The notes beneath the pieces were generated by a model. That model ran no database searches. It saw nothing but the letters and a program-made list of their open reading frames with translations, and was not told the DNA's origin. Below, one piece after another: positions 1-12,483 of a stretch of 64,000 bases of DNA. The stretch is taken from NCBI RefSeq assembly GCF_036971445.1, contig NC_091469.1, forward strand, positions 291,462,001 to 291,526,000, read 5' to 3'. The DNA comes from Narcine bancroftii (Eukaryota). Every line of letters starts with the position of its first letter. The stretch's first letter is position 1. The position numbers and the translations under genes are program-made.

Positions 1-132
1 CCCCCTCCCTCGCCTTCCCCATCTCATTCTCTCTCTCCCCCCTCGCCTTCCTCATCTCTCTCTCTCCCTCTCTCCCCCCTCCCCCCCCCCTTCTCCTTCT
101 CTCTCTCTCTCCATTGTAAAGTCCTCACACAC

Positions 133-264
133 CTTGATGATGCGGGCAAAGTACTCTCCCTGGATGTAGTTGTCAGTCTTGAGGTAGAGATCCCTCAGCT
201 CACTGGCTCCCACTGGGTTATACTTTGAATTAAATTTATCAAATCGATGGAAGGTCTGACGATC
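133..264 (-). CDS. AMPD3: AMPD3-like AMP deaminase, coding exon 8 (gene continues beyond the left edge)
   Basis: Minus strand reads [44 protein letters not shown]. Flanked by ttttag| acceptor and |gtgtgt donor, phase 0/0. Confidence 0.93.
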
Positions 265-1330
265 CTAAAATCATTAATTTTTGCAAATGAGCTTTTTCAA
301 CATTCAAACAATTTCATGTTATCAAAATAAGCTCCAACTTCATGGTGCTCCTAAGGAGAGAGGCCATTTGTCAGTGCCACCTCAGACTGTCCACTGCTCC
401 AGAATCCCCTTGCTGTTGGATTGTTCCTGTCGAACCTGTTCTCACAGATTACTGCAGCTCATTGCACAACATTCCCCTCCAGACCTTCGACCCTGCTCTG
501 TAACCCCTGGGCTTTCCCCTTCCCTCCCTCCCTCTCTGTTTCCTTCACTCCCTCTGTACACACTCCCCTCCCTTGTTCAATCCACAAATCTGCAAAAGGC
601 AGTCGGTGTTTCAGCCTGAGCCCTTCCACCCTCCCTCCCTCAGAGCACCCTTCCTTCCTCCTCCACTCCCTCTGGCACCTTCCCTCCATCACTTCCCCCC
701 ACCTCAGCTTTCCTCCCTTCCTCCTCTACCTATTCTAGTTTCCCCCTCCCTCCTTCCTTCACTCCCACTGGCGCCCTTCCTCCTTCACACCTTCTGTCCT
801 TCACTCCCACCTTCCTTCATCCTTCCCTCCCCCCCACCCACCCTCACTTGCTCCTTCAATCCCACCCTGCCACCAGACCATGGTGATCTGTAGCCTCATT
901 GACTCTCCTGTGACCCTCTGTAATAGGGGACCAGACCCCTGCAGATCACCCCCCTCCCACCTCAGCTCCATATCTACTCTAAATGATCGGTGACTGGGCC
1001 CAGGGTCCAGTGATGGATCCGACTCCCACCTGACACAATGACTGGAACCCTGGAGAACAGTGAGTGATGGAATTGGAACAGGAGGTCATTCTGCCCCTCA
1101 TCTCTGTTGCACCAATCAGAATAGATGATCTGCCCTGGCTCCTTAACCTTGAATATACCCACCACCCCTAGTGATACAGCACTGCAACAGACCCATCACA
1201 TCTATTCTCCCTCCCCAGTAGACCCTTCCCCTCCAAGCGGATGGCCCCCACTTTCTTGGGAGGGGTAGGGAATGAACTCCGACCTGGGCACCCGTTCTAC
1301 CACCCAAGGGCAAATTGTCCACATACTCAC

Positions 1331-1525
1331 CGCATGCACATCCAGAGAGTCGATGGTGAGGTCGTAGGGGTCCATGTGGAGCATGGCGAAGAGCTGGCGC
1401 AGGGTGAGCAATTGACCGTCCCTCTCCAGGACCACCCGCTCTGCCTCTTCTTTGTTGGTCTGCTGGATGAACCTAAGCAGATGTTTCTGGCTCATACAGG
1501 CAGCAGCGTGGATGTGAGTGTCCAC
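1331..1525 (-). CDS. AMPD3: AMPD3-like coding exon 7 (Zn-binding HxH motif)
   Basis: [20 protein letters not shown]...[15 protein letters not shown]. Acceptor cttag|, donor |gtgagt. Confidence 0.95.
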
Positions 1526-2329
1526 CTAAGTACAACCAGACACACAATACCCTTCAGTTCGATCCATGCTGCATCCCTGACCATCCAGGAATGGGGGAGT
1601 TACATTTGCATAGCACCTTTCACAACCACTACCCACCAACTCATCTGACATGAAGCCACTTTACAAGCTGTGTGCAGTCTGTTGCAAACTCCATAGCAAA
1701 AGATATGAAGTTTGGAAGAATTCTGGATCATATTGAAGGATGTCGTAGGTTACAACAGGATATAGACAGGATGCAGAGTTGGGCAGAAAAGTAGCAAATG
1801 GAGTTCAATCCAGTTAAGTGTGAGGTGATGCTGTTTGGAAGGACAAACTAGAAGGATAACATTCTTCTCCAACATTCCAAAGGTGTGCAGGTCAGTGTGG
1901 GTGAGGGGAGAATCGGAGGCAGGGGGAAGAAAAGGGAGAAGTTTGGGGAGTGTAAAGAGGGATCAGTAGAGTGGCTGTCACCGATTTGATGGACTGCAGG
2001 GTCTGTTTCTGTGCTGGACTACCAAGATCCTCCTCTGGAACGTCCACCTACATTATGCCCTGTCTCAGGTGGGAGCTGAGTCTCTGACAGAAACAGGACC
2101 TTAAGGCCACTGGCTCATGCTGACCCACATCCCCATCAACACCATCCCATTTTCCAGCATTTGACCCAGATCCCTCTGTTCCTTTCCCATCTACCTCCCT
2201 GATTGATATTGTTGAAACTGTGACTGTCCCACCTCCCACGGAGCTGGTATCCCTCCCACCATCTCCCCACCCTCAGAGCTGCTTGTACATTTACCCTCTC
2301 ACCTAAACTGGCATCTCAGGCTATCAGTG

Positions 2330-2630
2330 AACAAGTGGTTACTGGTGCCAGGGACAACACCACCCAGTGATGCCCGGTGCCCAGTAATGGTGATTGGTTT
2401 ATGGTGCTGGTACACAGCCCTGCTTAGTACCTGGTGATGGTGGCCAGTGTATGGTGCCTATACTCAGCCCTACCCAGTGATGGTGAATGGTAAACAGTAC
2501 CTGGTGATGGTGACCAGTAAACGGTGATCAGTGATGGTGCCTAATGAACAGTGATCAACGATGGTGACTGGTGCTAATGCCAGCTGAATGGTGACCAGTG
2601 AACGGTGATCAGTAATGGTGACTGGTCCCT
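2330..2630. repeat. Degenerate short tandem repeat (ggtgatggtgaccagt-like)
   Basis: Recurring ggtga/ccagt motifs. Confidence 0.6.
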
Positions 2631-2662
2631 GGCCGGGCACTTCCTTTCCATAGTGCCCTTAC

Positions 2663-2792
2663 CTTCCGGACATTGTAAAAGTCGCGGTGCGGCACGCCCT
2701 TCAGCTCCCGCAATTCCGCCATCTCATTCAGCATCTCGTGCAGGTTGAACTTGGAGGCCAGGAAGTTGAGCCTGCGGTGACAGTAGGTCTTC
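2663..2792 (-). CDS. AMPD3: AMPD3-like coding exon 6
   Basis: [43 protein letters not shown]. Acceptor ttgcag|, donor |gtaagg. Phases fit the neighbouring exons. Confidence 0.95.
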
Positions 2793-3416
2793 CTGCAAGG
2801 AAATCGCAGGAGATCGACATCAACCAGACCATCCCTATCGGCAAACCTCACGAGAGCTGCTGAGTCACTCTAGGACCAACCAATGGTGTGCTGCCTCTAA
2901 CATGTCCCTGCCTCTAACATGTCCCTCCCTCTTGTCCAACCATGGCTGGTGTTGAGTCCAGCAGCACTGCTGACACAGTGGGTTCCCAGTGGGGTCTTCA
3001 GACCGAAGACCAGCTGTGGAAGACACAATTGTACAATTGCTGTCTAGATACAGGAGGCATTTAGTCCATCCAACTCCTCCATTGGAACAATCCCATCTAT
3101 CCCATTTCTCAAGGACCTGAAACTTCTCCCACTTGGCACAGAGCACAGTTCCAGATGTATGGTGTTTGTGAGTGCTCTTTGCATTCCAGAGACCCCCGCA
3201 TCCTTGAACCTTCATTATCCACCCACCGACCTGTTACCGGTGACTGGTGACTGTAATGTTCCACCTGTTTCGAGAATGGAGAGCTCAGGTGCAGGCTCAG
3301 ACTGACCGATGGCAAGACACGACTTAGAGTCAGTGACCAACAGCGTTCTACCCCAGCTCTCTGTCGGAGGCACAGAGAAACCTACCAGTTGCCATCTCCG
3401 CAGAATCGTAACTTAC

Positions 3417-3636
3417 ATGGGGCCGTCTGCGATCAGTGCGAGGATGTGGCTTAGGTCCAGTGTGAACGTCTCCAGGTCAGGGTATGGGAGGCCTTTGGGC
3501 TCTCCCTGTTCCAGCCTCTCCTTGTTCTCATAGACAAAGATAACTCCTTCCTTCATCATGGCCACATAGTCCAAGTCCTCCGGGGCATCGCTGAGATCGT
3601 ACGGATCCTGACCATCTCCGGGGGCAGAGTGGACAT
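3417..3636 (-). CDS. AMPD3: AMPD3-like coding exon 5
   Basis: [13 protein letters not shown]...[24 protein letters not shown]. Acceptor ggccag|, donor |gtaagt. Confidence 0.93.
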
Positions 3637-3801
3637 CTGGCCAAGCGAGCACGGAACAGTTAGGCATTGGCTGAACAAATTTCAAACAGCAGGACGTCCA
3701 ATCACTGAACAGAGAACACCATAGGAACAGGCCCTTCAGTCCAACGTGTCTCTGCTGAATATGCTGCTCTAGTAAAACACAAAAATCTGCAGACACCATG
3801 G

Positions 3802-6800
3802 ATTTTTTTTTTCATTTAAGAACCCTTACTTGGGCACTTTATTGATTTTTCTCTGTCTTTTTTAGACAGTTTTGTTTACATTTCTTTATAGAGCTTCCCA
3901 CCTTATTCGTGGTTTCACTTTCTTTTTTTAAATTTTTTTATTTTTCACACTGTAAACCACATTGATCAAGATACATACATTTTTCTTTTCAAATATATAC
4001 TGTGTCGTTTTCTCCCCCCCTCCCTCTTCCTATCCCACCCTCACTACCTCCCCTCCCATTCATTTAAAGTTCAGAATCTAAGATACATTAAACCCGTCAA
4101 ACAATGTTGTCACTCAATAAAAATAAACAAGAAATTCCACTGAGTCAATTCTTTTCATTTCCTTCTCCTTCTGTCATTTTAGGTGGTAGATGTCCTCGGT
4201 AGGTTTTCTCTATTGTGTTTTATGTATGGCTCCCATATTTGTTCAAATATTGTAATATAATTTCTTAAATTATATGTTATTTTTTCTAGTGGAATACATT
4301 TATTTATTTCTATATACCATTGTTATATTCTCAAGTTATCTTCTAATTTCCAGGCTGACATAATACATTTTTTTGCTACAGCTAGGGCTATCCTAACAAA
4401 TCTATTTTGTGCACCATCCAAATCGAGTCCAAATTCTTTGTTTTTTATGTTACTTAAGAGGAAGATCTCTGGGTTTTTTGGTAAATTGCTTTCTGTGATT
4501 TTATTTAATACCTGGTTTAGATCTTCCCAAAATTTTTTCACTTTCTCACATGTCTAAATTGCATGAATTGTTGTTCCCATTTCTTTTTACAGCGAAAACA
4601 TCTGTCAGATACTGTTGGGTCCCATTTATTTAACTTTTGAGGTGTAATGTATAGCCTGTGTATCCAGTTATACTGTATCATACGTAACCTCGTGTTTATT
4701 GTATTTCTCAAAGTTCCAGAGCATAACTTCTCTCATGCTTCCTTCTTTATCTTTATGTTTAAATCTTGTTCCCATTTTTGTTTAGTTTTACCATTTGTTT
4801 CCTCATTCTCCTTTTCTTGCAGTTTAATATACATATTTGTTATAAATTTTTTGATTATCATTGTGTCTGTAATCACATATTCAAAATTACTTCCCTCTGG
4901 TAACCTCAGACTGCTTCCCAATTTGTCCTTCAAGTAGGATTTTAGTTGGTAGTATGCCAACACTGTATCTTGAGCTATATTATATTTATCCTTCATTTGT
5001 TCAAAGGATAGTAATCTATTTCCTGAAAAGCAATTTTCTATTCTTTTGATCCCTTTTTTCTCCCATTCTCTAAAGGAAAGGTTATCTATTGTAAAAGGGA
5101 TTAGCTGATTTTGCGTCAGTATTTGTTTTGATAATTGGTAATTTGTTTTATTCCTTTCTACATGAATCTTCTTCCAAATATTGAGCAGATGATGTAATAC
5201 TGGAGAATTCCTACGTTGTACCAATTTTTCATCCCATTTATATAATATATGTTCAGGTATCTTCTCCCCTATTTTATCTAGTTCTAATCTAGTCCAATCT
5301 GGCTTTTCCCTTGTTTGATAAAAATCTGATAGGTATCTTAATTGTGCGGCTCTATAATAATTTTTAAAGTTTGGCAGTTGTAAGCCTCCTTGTTTATACC
5401 ATTCTGTTAATTTATCTAGTGCTATCCTCGGTTTCCCCCCTTTCCATAAAAATTTCCTTATTATTTTCTTTAACTCCGTGAAGAATTTCTCCCTCAAATG
5501 TATTGGCAATGCCTGAAATAGGTATTGTATCCTTGGGAAAATGTTCATTTTAATACAGTTTATCCTTCCTATTAGTGTTAGTGGTAAGTCTTTCCAATGC
5601 TCTAAGTCGTTCTGTAATTTTTTCATCAGTGGATAATAATTGAGTTTATATAGATGGCCGAGGTTTTTATTTATTTGTATACCTAGGTAACGTATTGCTT
5701 GCATTTGCCATCTGAATGGTGATTCTATCTTAAATTTTGAGAAATCCGCATTATTCATTGGCATTGCTTCACTTTTATTTGCGTTAATCTTGTTACCTGC
5801 CATCTGAATGGTGATTCTATCTTAAATTTTGAGAAATACGCATTATTCATTGGCATTGCTTCACTTTTATTTGCGTTAATCTTGTAACCCGTCACTTCTC
5901 CATATTCCTTCAATTTCTTATGTAAATATTTTATTGATATTTCTGGTTCTCTTTAGTATACCATAACGTCATCTGCAAATAAACTGATTTTATATTCCTT
6001 GTCTTTTATTTTCATCCCTTTTATTTTATTTTCTGTTCTTATCAATTCAGCTAGTGGTTCTATAGCTAACGCGAACAATAAGGGTGATAGTGGGCATCCC
6101 TGTCTTGGTGATCTGCTTAAGTTAAATTGCTTTGATATATATCCATTTACTGTCACTTTCGCCAATGGCCCATTATATAATGCTTTAATCCAATTAATAT
6201 ATTTCTCTGGTAAACTGAATTTTTGTAATACTTTGAATAAATAATTCCGTTCTACTCTGTCAAAGGCCTTCTCTGCACCGAAAGCAACTGCTACTGTTGG
6301 AGCTTTATTTCCTTCTACTACATGAATTATGTTAATAAATTTACAAATATTGTCTGTTGTTCGTCTTTTTTTAATAAATCCAGTTTGGTCTAGATTTACT
6401 ATTTTTGTTACATAGTCGGCTAATCTGTTTGCTAATAGTTTAGCTATTATCTTATAATCTGTGTAAAGATATTGGTCTATATGACGCTGGTGCGAGTGGA
6501 TCTTTCCCTGTCTTTGGTATTACTGTAATTATTGCTGTTTTACATGAATCTGGTAAGCTTTGTGTTTTATCAATCTGGTTGATTACTTCCAGGAGGGGAG
6601 GAATTAATAAATCTTTAAATGTTTTATAGAATTCTATTGGGAATCCATCCTCTCCTGGTGTTTTATTATTTGGTAGTTTTTTTATTATCTCTTGTATTTC
6701 TACTATTTCAAATGGTTCTGTTAATTTATTTTGTTCCTCTATTTGTAATTTTGGTAGTTCAATTTTAGTTAAAAATTCATCTATTTTCCCTTCTTTCCCT

Positions 6801-9800
6801 TCGTTTTCAGTTTGGTATAATTGTTCATAGAATTCTCTGAAGTTTTCATTAATCTCTGTTGGATTATATGTGATTTGTTTGTCTTTTTTCCTTGATGCCA
6901 ATACCATTCTCTTAGTTTGTTCTGTCTTAAGCTGCCACGCTAGAATTTTGTGCATTTTTTCTCCTAGTTCATAATATTTCTGTTTTGTCTTCATTATGTT
7001 CTTCTCCACCTTATATGTTTGTAGTGTTTCATATTTTATTTTTTTATCTGCCAATTCTCTTCTTTTAGTTGTGTCTTCCTTCATTGCTAATTCTTTTTCT
7101 ATATTTGCTATTTCCCTTACCAACCGCTCTGTTTCCTGATTGCAGTCCTTCTTCATCTTGGTTACATAACTTATTATTTGCCCTCTGATGAACGCTTTCA
7201 TTGTGTCCCATAGTATAAACTTATCTTTCACTGATTCCATATTTATTTCAAAGTACATTTTAATTTGACTTTCAATTAATTCTCTAAAATCCTGCCTTTT
7301 AAGTAGCATGGAGTTTAATCTCCATCTATACATTCTTGGAGGGATGTCCTCTAACTCTATTGTCAATATCAGGGGTGAGTGGTCCGATAATATTCTAGCT
7401 TTATATTTTGTTTTTCTTACTCTGTCTTGCATATGAGCTGATAACAGGAATAGGTCTATTCTTGAGTATGTTTTATGTCTACCCGAATAATATGAATATT
7501 CCTTTTCCTTTGGGTGTTGTTTCCTCCATATATCCAAAAGTTGCATTTCTTGCATCGATTTAATTATAAATTTGGTTACCTTGTTCTTTCTGTTAATTTT
7601 TTTCCCAGTTTTATCCATGTTTGAATCCAAATTAAGGTTGAAATCCCCTCCTATTAGTATGTTCCCTTGCGTGTCTGCTATTGTTAAAAAAATATCTTGC
7701 ATAAATTTTTGATCTTCTTCGTTAGGTGAATATACATTGAGTAAATTCCAAAACTCCAAATATATCTGACATTTTATCATTACATATCTCCCTGCTGGAT
7801 CTATTAATTCCTCTTCTATTTTAATTGGTACATTTTTACTGATTAATATAGCTACTCCTCTAGCTTTTGAGTTATATGACGCTGCTGTTACATGTCCTAC
7901 CCAATCTCTCTTTAATTTCTTGTGCTCCATTTCAGTTAAATGTGTTTCTTGCACGAATGCTATATCAATTTTTTTCTTTTTTCAGTAAATTTAGCAGTTT
8001 CTTCCTTTTGATTTGGTTATGTATTCCGTTAATATTTAAAGTCATATAGTTCAACGTAGCCATTTCATACTTTGTTTATCTTTCCTTTCCGTTTCCTCAT
8101 CATCACCTTTCCTTCTTATCCATTTCTGCTTTCTTGTTTTGAACACTTTATAAGACAACATTTCTAAAACATCCAACATTTCTCTTATTCTCCTATCTAA
8201 AATTTCTTTAACCCCACTATCCCCTCCCCTTCCTGAGTTGCCCTTTATCCCTTGTCGGGCAACCACATCTCCCCTCTCCATTTGGATTTGCGAATTCACT
8301 CACAAGCGTCAACTGATTTCGCAGTGACTGTAACTCCTCCCCACCCAGCCCCCCCCAGAAAAGATTTTAATTTTCATATATAACAAAGGTCACTCTCTTA
8401 ATTCCCTCCTTACTTCCTCTCTTCCCTTTCTTTCCCTTATTAATTCTTATCTATACTCTATATATTTTCCTTTAAATACAGATNNNNNNNNNNNNNNNNN
8501 NNNNNNNNNNNNNNNNNNNNNNNNNNNNNNNNNNNNNNNNNNNNNNNNNNNNNNNNNNNNNNNNNNNNNNNNNNNNNNNNNNNNNNNNNNNNNNNNNNNN
8601 NNNNNNNNNNNNNNNNTTACTCTCGTTACATGTCTTCATCTCTCTGCCTGTTTTGTAGTTGTTCTGCAAATTTTCATGTTTCCTCCGGAACTGAGAATAG
8701 TCTGTTTTGCTGCCCTGGAATAACTATTTTAAGTACCGCTGGGTACTTTAGCATAAATTTATATCCTTTTTTCCATAGGATTGCTTTTGCTGTATTAAAC
8801 TCCTTTCTCTTCTTCAGGAGTTCAAAACTTATGTCTGGATAGAAAAAAATTTTTGACCTTTGTATTCCAGTGGCTTTTTGTCTTTTCTTATTTTCTTCAT
8901 TGCTTTCTCCAATATATTTTCTCTTGTTGTATATCTTAAGAATTTTACTAAAATGGATCTTGGTTTTTGTTGTGGCTGTGGTTTCGGGGCTAATGTTCTA
9001 TGTGCCCTTTCTATTTCCATTCCTTCCTGTAATTCTGGTCTTCCTAGGACCCTGGGGATCTAATCTTTTATAAATTCTCTCATATTCTTGCCTTCTTCAT
9101 CTTCCTTAAGGCCCACTATCTTTATATTATTTCTTCTATTATAGTTTTCCATTATATCTATCTTCTGAGCTAACAGCTGTTGTGTCTCTTTAACTTTTTT
9201 ATTAGATTCTTCTAATTTCTTTTTTAAGTCCTCTACTTCCATTTCTACGGCTGTTTCTCGTTCTTCCACCTTGTCCACTCTTTTTCCTATTTCCAACATG
9301 ACCATCTCTAATCTATTCATTTTTTCTTTTGTACTTTTAATTCTTCTTTTTATTTCACTAAATTCTTGTAATTGCCATTCTTTTACTGATTCCATATATT
9401 CTTTAAAAAAATATATATCCATTTTCTTGCCTTTCTCTTCTTCTTCCATTTCTCTATGTTCTTCTTCTTCCTCTGGGTTGGTCATCTGTTGTTTCCTTGT
9501 TTTCTTTTTACTTTCTTCTTTCTTGTTCTCGTTGTTTTCTGTCTTCTCTTCCTGTTGTTGTGTTGCAGCTGTCATCCTCAGCTGTGGAGATCGACTCCTC
9601 AGCTGGTCCCCCCTCCCGTCAGTGTTTTTTTTTCATGCGCGGTTGCGCACTTTTACTCGGCTCCGCGAGCCATTTTTGTAGTCCCGAGCTCGGGACTTCA
9701 ACTGACCTTAGGGAGTGGGCTTCTCTCTCCGCGGTGGGCCTCCTCGGACAGGTAAGGCCTTCACCTTCTTCTTCCAACATTCTTTCTTCTTCTCTTCTTC

Positions 9801-9967
9801 CCGTTGCTTTCGACTTTTCTTTCTTCGTTGCCATTTTCTTCCCACCTTTACTTTCACTTTGTTTTAATTTTTATGTTTGTGCCTTTGTGTTTTGTGTGTT
9901 TTTTTAAAACTTTTCCGGAGAGGGCTGGAGTTCCCCGACCGGCCACTACTCCATCACGTGACTCCTC
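3802..9967 (-). mobile_element. Full-length, disabled L1-clade LINE (ORF1 + EN/RT ORF2) in AMPD3-like intron 4
   Basis: ORF1 pieces at 9834-8630 (coiled coil, RRNNIKIVGL, IERAHR). ORF2 pieces at about 8070-4320 (QETH, GGDFN, SDH endonuclease; RQGCPLSP, FADD RT). 12-bp TSD CAGACACCATGG at 3790-3801 and 9968-9979. Poly(A) at the left end. Multiple frameshifts. Confidence 0.93.
8484..8616. other. Assembly gap (N run) inside the L1
   Basis: Run of N bases. Confidence 0.99.
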
Positions 9968-10560
9968 CAGACACCATGGTTGAAGTAAAAACACAATGCT
10001 GGAGAAACTCAGCAGGACAAACAGTATCCTTTATATAGCAATGGTAAAAAAACATCACCTACATTTTGGGATAGAGCCCTTCATCAGGGTATGGGAAAAA
10101 TGTCAGCAGGCACCTGAATAAAGAGGTAGTGGGGGAGGCATAGGGGAAGGATAATAGTCCCACAGGCAGGAGGTAATAGGTAGAGAAGGGAGGGGGGGGC
10201 ACAACAGCAAGCAGGGGGAGGAGGGATGGCTGGGTGAATAGAGAGGGAAAGGGTGGAGAACAGAGGGAAAGTAGACAGAGGAAGGGAAGAGAGGGGGGAA
10301 AAGGAGAGCAGGTTAGCAGAAACTGGAAAAAGTCAATGTTAATGCCATGCGGCTAGAGAGTGCCCAGGTAGAAAATCCTTTCATTTGCAGGTAATCTTGG
10401 TGGGATAGTACATTAGGCCATGGACAGACATGAGCATAGAATTGAAATGGTTGTTCACTGGGAGATTCCAAGTCACTGGTGCAGACAGAGCAAAGGTTGG
10501 TCAGCGAAGCCATCTCCCAGTCTGCATCCAGTCTCTCTGATTTAGAGAAGTCAGCTCTGC
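9968..10560 (-). mobile_element. Penelope-like element 3' remnant (host of the L1 insertion; its tip is at 3772-3801)
   Basis: Terminal repeat aatgctggagaaactcagcagg and degenerate GIY-YIG tail. Inverted homolog of 11170-11560. Confidence 0.6.
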
Positions 10561-10868
10561 TGCTTTCTCCTGACAAATGCCCCACCTCCCCTTCAATTTC
10601 ACTTGTCTCTATGGAAACCTCTTAACTTGCTGTAACACCATGCCCTGCACTCTGACTTGTTGTACCACTGCACTCTGACTTGTTGTACCACTGCACCCTG
10701 CGCTCTGTGGCTCACTGTAACACAGCACCCTGCACTCTTGCTTTCCTATTTAAGTGTGGGTAGGCTTGCCTGATAGCACGTAAATCAAAGTTTTTCATTG
10801 TGCTTTTGGTCATCAATAGTTCATCATGAGACCGAGACCACGGCCACTGCATTGTTGTCTCCACCTAC

Positions 10869-11034
10869 CTGGCATAACATTGCCATCCTCCTGCCAGTCA
10901 CCACTGTGGAATGACCGCATGTACTGTGCTGTGATCCTGGGGAAGGTCTGGTAGGCGAGCTGCATGTACTTCTCCCGAATGAATAAAGCTTTCATCAGTC
11001 CTCGGGCTGCGTGTTCGTAGTCCTCCACAGTGAC
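10869..11034 (-). CDS. AMPD3: AMPD3-like coding exon 4
   Basis: [38 protein letters not shown]...VMP. Acceptor ccccag|, donor |gtaggt. Confidence 0.93.
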
Positions 11035-11169
11035 CTGGGGAAAGCACCAGCGAGACACAGACTTTACCACAAACCACCCTTGGCCCACAACTCCCTCCCC
11101 TACCCCCCTTCCACTTCTGAGTCACACTCCCACATTGTCAACCATTTCAATTCTGGGTCACACTCCCAT

Positions 11170-11560
11170 GCTCACATGTCTTTCCATAGCCTTATGTACT
11201 ATCCCAACCTGACCACCCGCAGATTGGAGGAACAGCACCTTACTTTCTGTCTGGGCACTCTCCAGCCAGATGGCATTAACATCAACTTCTCTGCTTTCTG
11301 CTAAACTTGCTCGCCTTTTCTTCCCCCTCTACCCACCCAGCTATTTCTCCTCCCCTGATCACTGCTGACCCTCCCTCCCTTCTCCACCTATCATCTCCTC
11401 CTGCCTTTGCCTCCCCCCCCCCCCCCCATCTTTTGGTTTGGACACCTTTCGAAATTCGCTCATACCTTTGCTACATAAAGGACATTGTTTGACCTGCTGA
11501 GTTTCTCTAGCTTTTTGTGTTTTTACTTCAACCATGGTGTCTACAGATTTTCGTGATTTA
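11170..11560 (+). mobile_element. Penelope-like element 3' remnant
   Basis: RRLEEQHLTFCLGTLQPDGININFS (GIY-YIG C-terminal tail) followed by the same terminal repeat. Confidence 0.65.
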
Positions 11561-12118
11561 CTCCTCCACCTCTCCCTGAATGCTGCCCCTTCCCCCCCCA
11601 ATCGTGTTCACCTCCCACCAGTCCATCAGACATGGTATAAAATGCCAAGGTGCTGACTCCAGCTCCTGAGAGGACAGGTGATGGACAGAGGCTGGAAGAG
11701 CAGAGGGTTCAGGAAGGAATTCCAGACCATATCTTGGCAGTGGATCTACAGTACTGGGGAGTCCCCAGGAAATGAGAGATTGGAAAGGGTTATAGGGAGA
11801 GTTGTAGGCAATGCCAGCGAATCGCACTGCATAGAAACATGTATGGCGATCATCTATGCAGTTCCCATTCACCTGCATTCCCATTCCCATTCCATATCAG
11901 TTTCTGAAGAGGGCATGCAAAATCATTGAGGACCCCTTCCACCCCACTCACAGCATCTTTCAGCTGCTCCCATCAGAGAAGATATACAGGAGGATCAGAG
12001 CCAGCACCTCCAGGCTGAGGAACAGCCACGGGCAGTGAGAACACTGAATGACCAAAGGAACAGCTCACACTCACCATCTGAAACTCTCATATTCATGAAA
12101 CTATTTATTTGTATAGAT

Positions 12119-12483
12119 CAGTGGTTCTCAACCTTTATCTTTCCACTCACATCCCACCTTAAGTAATCCCTATGTCATCGGTGCTCTGTGATTAGTAAGA
12201 GATTGCTTAAGGTGGGATGTGAGTGGGAAGGGAAGGATGAGAATCACTGCCCTTGACCCAATTATGACTGAAAGATTTTGCTTGAGAAAAATTGTTATTG
12301 GCCCATTTCCTTTGGAGTTCTGAAACCGTGCACAATTAGGTACGATTAAAACAATGGTTTTCAACCTTTTTCTTTTCACCCACATCCTACCTCAAGCAAT
12401 CCCTTACTAATCACAGAGCACCGATGGCATAGGAAATAGTTAAAGTGATATGTGAGTGGAAAGAAAAAGGTTGAGAACCACTG
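12119..12483. mobile_element. hAT-like MITE
   Basis: TIRs CAGTGGTTCTCAACCTT / AAGGTTGAGAACCACTG. Non-coding, internally palindromic. Confidence 0.8.

Noticed and set aside
281-893. Several 77-112-aa ORFs
   Set aside because: CT-rich low-complexity intron sequence.
4320-9834. Active or domesticated L1 (L1TD1-like) gene
   Set aside because: Both ORFs are broken by frameshifts, and the element retains TSDs and a poly(A) tail. It is a dead insertion.
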